Shown: piece by piece, positions 8,346 to 15,747 of the stretch
Layout: each line of letters starts with the position of its first letter
Numbering within the stretch: the first letter of the stretch is position 1
NCBI GenBank assembly: GCA_964464975.1
Contig: CAYXKV010000002.1
Coordinates: 1-58,404 of the forward strand
Direction of reading: 5' to 3'
DNA from: an uncultured Candidatus Saccharibacteria bacterium
Lineage (GTDB): Bacteria; Patescibacteriota; Minisyncoccia; Phycocordibacterales; WO2-35-19
Length of the DNA: 58,404 nucleotides
Translations under genes and position numbers: made by a program
The notes under the pieces: generated by a model
Seen by the model: the letters and a program-made list of their open reading frames with translations, nothing else
What the model was told of the DNA's origin: nothing
Databases searched by the model: none

Positions 8346-8571
8346 AAAACAAAAAAGCCGACATTGAGTCGGCTAACATAGAGGTTCAAGTGTTTAGTTT
8401 GGAAGACACCAAACAAAATGTACGGTATACCGGTTTATCTGAATTTGTCCGTTGCACCAAATTTCAGATTCTGACATTCGTAAGGTGCTACTAAACACAC
8501 TTTGCAACTAGTTTGAACCTCTATTTAGAATTGTACCAAGTATGGATGTTTTGTCAAGCGTATTCTTGACT
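8346..8571 (+). other. 226-nt structured insertion at the tip of 23S helix 10
   Basis: Closed by CCAGCACTAATTTTTGG (8329-8345) paired with CCAAAAATTAGTGCTGG (8572-8588). Internal long-range pairs AGAGGTTCAA/TTGAACCTCT and GTGTTTAGT/ACTAAACAC. No ORF. Confidence 0.8.
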
Positions 8572-8684
8572 CCAAAAATTAGTGCTGGAGCGCACCCTGG
8601 GAAGTAAAACATTTCAGTACCAGGAGGAAAATAGACTAATAAGTATTCCGTAAGTAGCGGCGAGCGAAAGCGGAGAAGCCCAAA

Positions 8685-8779
8685 CCCTGTGAGATAACAG
8701 TGTCCGAATTAGTATTTAGTTTAGATTATAGAGATATCTTCTAAATTATTGCCAATTTTGATGATGTTATCTCACGGGG
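8685..8779 (+). other. Expanded 23S hairpin, about 95 nt versus about 20 nt in B. subtilis at the GAGCCCAAACC...GGGGTTGTAGG position
   Basis: GTGAGATAACA (8689-8699) pairs with TGTTATCTCAC (8765-8775). Confidence 0.7.
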
Positions 8780-8986
8780 GGTTGTAAGGCAGAAACTTCG
8801 TATTTATACGAGGAAAGTTACAAAATTATTCGTTAGAAGAAGCTTCTGGAAAGAAGCGCCCCAGAGGGTAATAGCCCCGTAATTGAAAACGAATGATCTT
8901 TCTTGTTTCTGTTCTTGAGTACCTCGAGACACGAATAGCTCGGGGGAATCTGCCGGGACTAACCGGCAAGGCTAAATATATTTCTA

Positions 8987-9026
<40 letters not shown>

Positions 9027-9623
9027 CAGCCCGGTGAGGGCGGTGAAATAGACCTGAAACCATATGTCTACAAGGAGTCAGAGCGGGCGCTTGCGTCCGC
9101 CATGGCGTGCCTATTGAAGAATGAGCCAACGAGTTAATGTATGCGGCCTATTGCCTAAGGAGTAAACCTCCGGAGGCGCAGGGAAACCGAGTCTGAATAG
9201 GGCGCATGTCCCGCCTAGCGGGACTGTCGTATACATTAGACCCGAAGCCAGGTGAGCTTACCATGGGCAGGGTGAAGTCCCGCGAAAGCGGAATGGAGGC
9301 CCGAACCAGTTGGTCGTGCAATTCCTTTGGATGACCTGTGGTAAGGAGTGAAAAGCTAATCGAACCTGGTAATAGCTGGTTCTCTCCGAAAGAGCTTTTG
9401 GGTTCGCGTTATGCGTTCCCTTTGGGGGTAGAGCACTGGAAGGTTCGGACAGGGCGAAAGCTCGCCAAACCTATCAAACTCCGAATACCAAAGGTAAAAG
9501 CATAGCAGTTAGACGGCGGGGGCTAAGCTCCGTTCGTCAAAAGGGAAACAGCCCATGATCTCTATTTAAGGTCCCTAAATCATAGCTAAGTGCACTCAAG
9601 GTGGTGAAATTTCTCCGACAATG

Positions 9624-9666
<43 letters not shown>

Positions 9667-9766
9667 CAGCTCACTCATTCAGAGATTTTGCGCCGAAGAT
9701 AATCGGGGCTAAGCTATGTACCGAAACTGAGGGTTTGTAAGCTTCATCAAGAATTTTGTTATTTGC

Positions 9767-9838
9767 AGGGCGGTCATTTAAGGGTAGGATCCCAACTTTA
9801 TTTGGGAAGTGCGGGTTCGAATCCCGTCCGCCCTGCCA
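9767..9838 (+). ncRNA. tRNA-like element 1: acceptor/T-arm minihelix intact, D-arm and anticodon arm degenerate, CCA encoded
   Basis: Acceptor AGGGCGG (9767-9773) pairs with CCGCCCT (9828-9834). T-arm GCGGG TTCGAAT CCCGT (9811-9827). Discriminator G plus CCA (9835-9838). Putative anticodon stem CCCAA/TTGGG with a 6-nt loop CTTTAT. No D-stem. Confidence 0.6.
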
Positions 9839-9891
9839 TCTCTCACAGATGTAAAAAGTGACTGTTCTTTATAGTTGTTTGTTGTAAGTGC

Positions 9892-9981
9892 GGGGGCGTA
9901 GCTCAGACTGGTTAGAGCGCACGGAGAGGGTCAATCCCAAGGACCGTGAGGCCGCAGGTTCGATTCCTGTCGTCCCCGCCA
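9892..9981 (+). ncRNA. tRNA-like element 2: complete acceptor, D and T arms (tRNA-Ile-like D-arm), 19-nt anticodon loop, CCA encoded
   Basis: Acceptor GGGGGCG (9892-9898) pairs with CGTCCCC (9971-9977). D-arm GCTC AGACTGGTTA GAGC. Stem CACGG (9920-9924)/CCGTG (9944-9948) encloses AGAGGGTCAATCCCAAGGA. Variable loop AGGCC. T-arm GCAGG TTCGATT CCTGT. G plus CCA at 9978-9981. Confidence 0.7.
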
Positions 9982-10883
9982 TCTCACTTTGTGAGACGGC
10001 AAAAAGTTTTAAGCAATTTTTTACTTTAAAAAGTTGCCTTGATGAAGCTTGCAAGCGGTAGGAGAGTATTCCACTCTCCCGACGTTATGTCGGGATTAAG
10101 CTGTGAAGGCAAAGGGGTGACCCATGCTGGAGCGTGTGGAAGTAAGAATGTTGGCACAAGTAACCACAAGGCCGATGAAAAATCGGCCCGCCGAAAGACT
10201 AAGGTTTCCTTCTCAATGTTAATCATGGAAGGGTTAGTCGGGCCTAAGGGGATGGCGAAAGCCGCACCCGATGGACAGCAGGTTAATATTCCTGCACCTG
10301 TTTATATTCGATGGAGTGACGAAGTGCAGTATGCAAAGCGCATTATTGGATTTGACGTCCGTATCGTAAGAATACCGCGTAGGTAAATCCGCGCGGTTCT
10401 GTTAAATCAGAAATTCAAGCGATGCGGCAATCTGGAGCTTCGGCAAAGGAGAGTTTGCAAAGCGCGCTTCCAAGAAAAACTTCTAAGGTTAAGTATAGAC
10501 AGACCGTACCGTAAACCGACACAGGTAGTCAGGGCGAGTAGCCCAAGGCGAACGAGTGAGATGTCCCCAAGGAACTCGGCAAAAAAGCGGCCGTACCTTC
10601 GGTATAAGGCCTACCCGTGATCGCGCAAGCGATTTTACGGGTCGCAGCTAAAGTATCCCTGGCGACTGTTTATCAAAAACACAGCTCCCTGCGAACTCGT
10701 AAGAGGATGTATAGGGGGTGACACCTGACCAATGCCAGAAGGTCAAACAACGGCGGTTCATACCATACCTGTTCTCAAGTTCGGATTTCCGTCGAGGTAA
10801 TCTGAACCTTGAGGCCAGATTGGTGTGAGCTGACTGTTGTAAGCCCTGGTGAATGTCGGCAATAACTATAATTGTCCTAAGGT

Positions 10884-11344
10884 CGAACACATTTTACATA
10901 TATTGTCAAGTGTGCTCGAGGACTGGGACAATTCTAGATTTTGATAAACGTAAATGTAGAAACAGACAGTTAAAATGAGTTTACCAAATTCAGCTGCCTT
11001 GTCGTAAAGTAATTTACGATTAGTCCAAATATGGCTATATGCTGGGAATCCCGAGAGCAATCGAGGGAGATCAGCAGGAAACTTTTGTGTATTGAATAAT
11101 GGTGATGATGTAAGGTGGATGCCGACAAGTTGAGTAGCCGTTCACGGTCAAAGACATTTGCTTGCTTCAAGCTACGGCAAGAGACACATGACAAGTTGCA
11201 TCGTCATCATGGGAGCTGCTTCCAAAACAGCTCCCTTATTATCCAATACATAAAAGGATCCTCAGATACCAAACGCCATCTCCAGCCCTAATTACATAAT
11301 TAGAGTTGGATGAAGATAGAGTACTTCGCAAAAAGGAAGCGAAT
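10884..11344 (+). other. 461-nt ORF-less insertion after the E. coli U1931 equivalent (H69/H71 region): probable intron of unresolved class
   Basis: It splits CCTAAGGT | AGCGAAATTCC. Weak R-like (CAAGAGACACA) and S-like (GAAGATAGAGTAC) group I elements. The inferred 3' end is ...GCGAAT, with no terminal G. Confidence 0.6.
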
Positions 11345-12007
11345 AGCGAAATTCCTTGTCTGGTAAGTTCAGACGCGCACGAATGGTGTAACGACTGGGG
11401 AACTGTCTCGGGGACTCGCTCGGTGAAAATACAATACCGGTGAAGATGCCGGTTACCTGCAGTTAGACGAAAAGACCCCGGAAGCTTTACTGCAACTTGG
11501 CATTGAGGATATGTTTGACCTGCGTAGCATAGGTGGGAGACTTTGAGGTGTTCCTTTCGGGGAGCGCGGAGTCGTCAGTGAAATACCACTCTTGTTTGAC
11601 ATATTTTCTAACCCCGCGCGCAAAACGCGCGAGAGACAGTGTCTGGTGGGCAGTTTTAGTGGGGCGCTATCCTCCTAAAGAGTAACGGAGGAGCCTATTA
11701 AGGTCAGCTAGCCGTGAATGGAAACCATGGCGATAGTGTATAGGCACAAGCTGGCTTAACTGCAAGACGTACGTGTCGCGCAGATGCGAAAGCAGAGCTA
11801 AGTGAACCGATCGTACGCGTTAGACGCGGCGAAAGATTATCGGACAAAAGCTACTCCGGGGATAACAGGCTAGTTCCGCCTAAGCGTCCAGAGCGACGGC
11901 GGAGTTCGGCACCTCGATGTCGGCTCATCTTATCCCGGGGGTGGAGAAGCTCCCAAGGGTTTGGCTGTTCGCCAATTAAAAAGATACGCGAGCTGGGTTC
12001 AGACCGT

Positions 12008-12512
12008 GCAGAAGCTTTTAGCTTGAAGCTTAGAGCTGAGAGGAAAAGCAGTTGCACAATCTGAATCCCTTCGAGAAATTGAAATGATTCTGTTTTAGTT
12101 TTTTCGTTTATGAAATTAAGAAAGTAGAATCCCCACGTCGCTCATTTCATGAGCTATGCGGGGCGAGCAATCAAATCACGGCGGTCCGCCCAAACTTTCT
12201 TACGAAAGAATGTTGGCGGATTAAACTGACTAATATCGGCAAAATCTTTGATTTTGTCCCGAGTGAAATCGAGGGATGAAATTTGAGACAATTCCGAGGG
12301 AAGTTTGTAAATTGTGTGGTGGATGAGTGGAAACCAGAACTCCTACCAGACTCCTGGGGGGTTGAAACTAGGAACAGCTCTTAAACCACCAGCCGACTCT
12401 CCATGGGGGTCGGCTCTACTACACAATTTACAAACACCCGTAGAGACTAAACGTCAGTAATGCGGAAGCAAAAAGCTATAGTCCAATGCACGAAGTAATT
12501 CGTGGTAACATG
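12008..12512 (+). mobile_element. ORF-less group I intron after the E. coli U2593 equivalent (the classic I-CreI-type LSU site)
   Basis: It splits GGGTTCAGACCGT | CGTGAGACAGGTTGG. The 5' exon ends in U and the intron ends in G (12512). R element TAGAGACTAAA (12441-12451) and S element GCTATAGTCC (12475-12484). P7 is GACTA/TAGTC. Confidence 0.85.
12013..12040 (+). repeat. Tandem heptanucleotide repeat (AGCTTAG family), 4 units, at the 5' end of the group I intron
   Basis: AGCTTTT AGCTTGA AGCTTAG AGCTGAG. Confidence 0.75.
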
Positions 12513-12564
12513 CGTGAGACAGGTTGGTCTCCTATCTACTGCAGGCGTTGATTCTTGAGGGGAT

Positions 12565-12595
<31 letters not shown>

Positions 12596-12898
12596 TGACC
12601 TCTGGTGTACCTGCTGTGGCGCCAGCTGCAGCGCAGGGTAGCTAAGTCGGGCAAGGATAACCTCTGAAAGCATCTAAGAGGGAAGCCCGCCCCAAGATTA
12701 GGAATCGATGCTCCGGCGCAAGTCGGGGCGAGAGGATCGTCGGAGATGACGACGTTGATAGGCGCTAGGTGTAAGGCGAGCAATCGTTTGAGCCGAGGCG
12801 TACTAATTTTCCGAAAGCCTTCAGATTGACTGTCGAACGAATTGGAAATTTCAAAAATATTTCATCCTGCCTTTTGGGACCAAAAATCGAGAGATGTG

Positions 12899-13008
12899 TT
12901 TTGGTGCTTTGTCGCGAAGGCCACACCCGTTCTCATTCCGAACACGGAAGTTAAGCTTCGTTGAGGCGATGATACTCTGAAAAGGGGAAAGTAGCTAGGC
13001 GCCAAAAC
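12899..13008 (+). rRNA. rrf: 5S rRNA
   Basis: TTTGGTGC...CCACACCCGTTCTCATTCCGAACACGGAAGTTAAGC...GCGCCAAAAC. Flanked by an extended precursor stem AAAATCGAG.../...CTCGATTTT followed by a T-run. Confidence 0.95.
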
Positions 13009-13068
13009 ATATAGCTCGATTTTTTGTTAGGCCAGCAGTGAATTTTTTCTCTTCTTTTGCTACGGACC

Positions 13069-13097
13069 TTTAAAGATCATGTCTTCTGCATTATAAT
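13069..13097 (+). promoter_or_regulatory. Promoter positioned for a leaderless transcript of the vWA gene
   Basis: TTTAAA (13069-13074), 17-nt spacer, TATAAT (13092-13097). The A of the ATG (13104) is the 7th nt after the -10 box. Confidence 0.45.
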
Positions 13098-13103
13098 GTT
13101 TAT

Positions 13104-14507
13104 ATGAACGAGTGGGCATCGAGAAGGAAGATGGTTTATCTAGCCGGAGCGGTTTTGGTGCTTGCGACAATTGCCTCATTGATTTTTTTTAAAGTCTGGC
13201 ATGAAGAACCGACATGCAACGATGGTATGATGAACGGTGACGAGAAGGGTATAGATTGCGGGGGATCCTGCACCCTGCTTTGCTCGTCCGCGACGATTGA
13301 GCCCATAGTCAAATGGGGCCCCAGGTATTTTGAAGCTTTGCCAAAAGTTTGGAGCGCTATTGTTTATGTCGAGAATCCCAACGTAGATGCCCGTGCAGTA
13401 TATGCGCCGTACACTTTTACTTTTTACGATGAGCGCGGGACCGTAATAGCAAAGAGGGAAGGGGCGACGGTTCTGCCAAAAGCAAAAACAGTCGGAATTT
13501 TCGAGGGCTCGATTTCTATGGACAATAACTCAAAACCCAAGAGAGCGGTTTTTGAGCTTGGTCAAAGGATGGTGTGGCAAAACGACAGAGGGGAGGAAAG
13601 TCATCTGCGCATTACACACACCCCCATACTAAGCCTCGCAAGCTCTCCTAGGGTAGAAGCCTCTGTCTCAAATACCGGCATCGAGGAGCTCAATAACATT
13701 GAATTGATAGTCTCAATTTTTGACGGCTCTGATAACACTATCGCGGCGTCAAGAACGTTTATCGACAGGCTCAAGCGCAACGAGACTGCCCAAGCATTCT
13801 TCACCTGGCCGAAGCCGTTTGATTTGGGCAAGAAGATTTGTGAAAAGCCGTCAAACATAATGCTTGTGATTGACAGGTCCGGGTCAATGGCATCGCTTGG
13901 AGGCAATCCTCCCGAGCCTCTGAATTCAACCAAAGAGGCTGCATCGTATTTTATTGAACAAGTGGGGTCGAAAGACAGGGTGGGCGTGGTTTCCTTCGCT
14001 ACTTCGGCCAAAGAACCGATCGATGCAGTACTTGCGGCCGATTTCGAATCTGCAAAGAAGGCAGTGGAGTCCATAATGATTGATAAATCCGGCACGCAAT
14101 ATACCAACATTTTCAGTGCCATCAGGTCTTCGTGGGCGGAGCTTGTTTCCCCTAGGGCTCTAGAAGAGGGGGCAAACAAAGTGCTAATCCTTCTCACTGA
14201 CGGTGAGGCCAATAGCCCTAAAAGTCCTAATGGCAAAACCGAAGCTGATGACATAAAGTATGCTGAAAGCCTTGCTTTAAGTGAATCCGAGAGCGCAAAA
14301 AAGGAAGGCATGACCATATACACTATCGGTCTGGGGGACAAAATCAACGATACGTTTTTGAAAAGTGTAGCTTCGGGTGCAGACAAATACTTTTATGCAC
14401 CAAGCGCCGATAGTTTGAAAGATATCTACAGACAGATATCATCTGAAATTTGCGAAGAAGTGCCGGCAAGAATAGAGATTACCCATAAAGTACTCGGGCC
14501 CATATGA
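13104..14507 (+). CDS. Membrane-anchored von Willebrand factor type A (vWA) domain protein
   Basis: N-terminal TM helix. MIDAS motif VIDRSGSM (D-x-S-x-S) with downstream LLTDGEAN. Confidence 0.8.
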   Translation: MNEWASRRKMVYLAGAVLVLATIASLIFFKVWHEEPTCNDGMMNGDEKGIDCGGSCTLLCSSATIEPIVKWGPRYFEALPKVWSAIVYVENPNVDARAVYAPYTFTFYDERGTVIAKREGATVLPKAKTVGIFEGSISMDNNSKPKRAVFELGQRMVWQNDRGEESHLRITHTPILSLASSPRVEASVSNTGIEELNNIELIVSIFDGSDNTIAASRTFIDRLKRNETAQAFFTWPKPFDLGKKICEKPSNIMLVIDRSGSMASLGGNPPEPLNSTKEAASYFIEQVGSKDRVGVVSFATSAKEPIDAVLAADFESAKKAVESIMIDKSGTQYTNIFSAIRSSWAELVSPRALEEGANKVLILLTDGEANSPKSPNGKTEADDIKYAESLALSESESAKKEGMTIYTIGLGDKINDTFLKSVASGADKYFYAPSADSLKDIYRQISSEICEEVPARIEITHKVLGPI

Positions 14508-15643
14508 TGATTAAGCAGATAATCCAAAAGATTTATTTATCAACGGACTGGCTTCTTTTCGGAGCCCTATTTTTTATATCCTTAGCCGGAATTTTGACGA
14601 TGAATTCTTTCACCGGAGAAGACAGTTTTTTTCAAAAACAGATCATATGGCTCCTGATTTCAACAGTTGCTTTTTTTTCTGCAATCCAAATCGATTGGAG
14701 GTTTTTGCGCCGGACTGGGACTATAGTCGGGCTTTATCTTACGACCTGTATTTTGCTTCTTTTCCTTTTCATATACGGTTCAGTATTCAAAGGCGCCCAA
14801 AGCTGGTTTAATTTCGGGGCTTTTGCCTTTCAGCCAGTTGATCTGGGCAAAATTGTCCTTGTTATTCTCTTGTCCAAATATTTTTCTCGAAGGCATATTG
14901 AGATCGCAAACGTAAGGCATATTTTGACGTCTGGTTTTTACACCTTGGTAATTTTCCTCTTAGTCTTTCTCCAGCCGGACTTTGGATCAGCTGTCATAAT
15001 ATTTTTTATTTGGTTGTCAATGGTTCTTTTTACCGGGATTTCAAAAAAGCACTTTTTCGCAGTTTTTTTCACTGGAATAGTAGTGTTTGGGGGACTTTGG
15101 GGCTTTGTTTTCGAGGATTATCAGAAAGATAGAATCAAGTCATTCATTAATCCGCTCACTGACCTTCAAGGTGCTGGATATAATGCCTACCAGTCGATGA
15201 TTGCGGTTGGATCGGGGCAGATATTAGGCAAGGGGGTGGGTTACGGAAGCCAGTCCAAGCTAAAATTTTTACCGGAATACGAGACCGATTTTATATTCGC
15301 GGCTTATGCTGAGGAATGGGGACTTGTCGGTGTGTCAGTCTTATTTTTCCTCTATGGGGTAGTTTTTTATAAAATCATCAATATTGCAAAAAAAGGGGAG
15401 ACAAACTTTGAGATTCTGTACGGGCTCGGTCTTGCCTCGGTGTTTTTTTCTCATTTTGTGATTCACGTGGGCATGAACATAGGACTTCTTCCGGTGACAG
15501 GAATCACAATGCCTTTCATGAGCTACGGCGGGTCCCATATGCTTGCGGAATTTCTGGGGCTTGGAATACTAATGGGCCAAAAAGCGTTTTCAAGGCCAAC
15601 TCACAAGGAGCATGCTAAGAATGAGATAATAGGAGTTGTGTAA
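14504..15643 (+). CDS. SEDS-family peptidoglycan glycosyltransferase (FtsW/RodA/SpoVE)
   Basis: 379 aa, about 10 TM helices. Family motifs FQPVDLGKIVLVILLSKYF, PDFGSAVIIF, ETDFIFAAYAEEWG, TGITMPFMSYGGS. ATGA overlap with the vWA gene. Confidence 0.9.
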   Translation: MMIKQIIQKIYLSTDWLLFGALFFISLAGILTMNSFTGEDSFFQKQIIWLLISTVAFFSAIQIDWRFLRRTGTIVGLYLTTCILLLFLFIYGSVFKGAQSWFNFGAFAFQPVDLGKIVLVILLSKYFSRRHIEIANVRHILTSGFYTLVIFLLVFLQPDFGSAVIIFFIWLSMVLFTGISKKHFFAVFFTGIVVFGGLWGFVFEDYQKDRIKSFINPLTDLQGAGYNAYQSMIAVGSGQILGKGVGYGSQSKLKFLPEYETDFIFAAYAEEWGLVGVSVLFFLYGVVFYKIINIAKKGETNFEILYGLGLASVFFSHFVIHVGMNIGLLPVTGITMPFMSYGGSHMLAEFLGLGILMGQKAFSRPTHKEHAKNEIIGVV

Positions 15644-15747
15644 GATTACTCTAACTAATTAATAATTGACCTAATTAACCTAAATAATGGCCAATTTATT
15701 AAAGATAAAAAATATTCACAGCTTAGAATAATTAGAGTAATTATAAA

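Larger units (their letters stand above)
9736..10053 (+). other. Helix-45 intervening sequence (IVS) closed by a 16-bp stem, carrying two tRNA-like modules
   Basis: TGTAAGCTTCATCAAG (9736-9751) pairs with CTTGATGAAGCTTGCA (10038-10053): 15 Watson-Crick pairs plus 1 G-U. The flanks ACCGAAACTGAGGG and CGGTAGGAGAG align to the base of E. coli H45. Confidence 0.85.

Noticed and set aside
9892-9981. Interpreting tRNA-like element 2 as a functional intron-containing tRNA gene, for example with the intron after position 37
   Set aside because: Placing a 12-nt intron after position 37 gives a loop AGAGGG/A with G at position 33 instead of the near-universal U33, and an AGG anticodon. No single excision from the 19-nt loop yields a canonical Y-U-NNN-R-N loop. 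No bulge-helix-bulge or group I features are evident. It is kept as a tRNA-like element, not a decoding tRNA.
10884-11344. Confidently calling the U1931 insertion a canonical group I intron
   Set aside because: R-like and S-like motifs are imperfect, I could not find a P7 pairing, and the inferred 3' boundary lacks the obligatory terminal G. It is reported as an intron or IVS of unresolved class.
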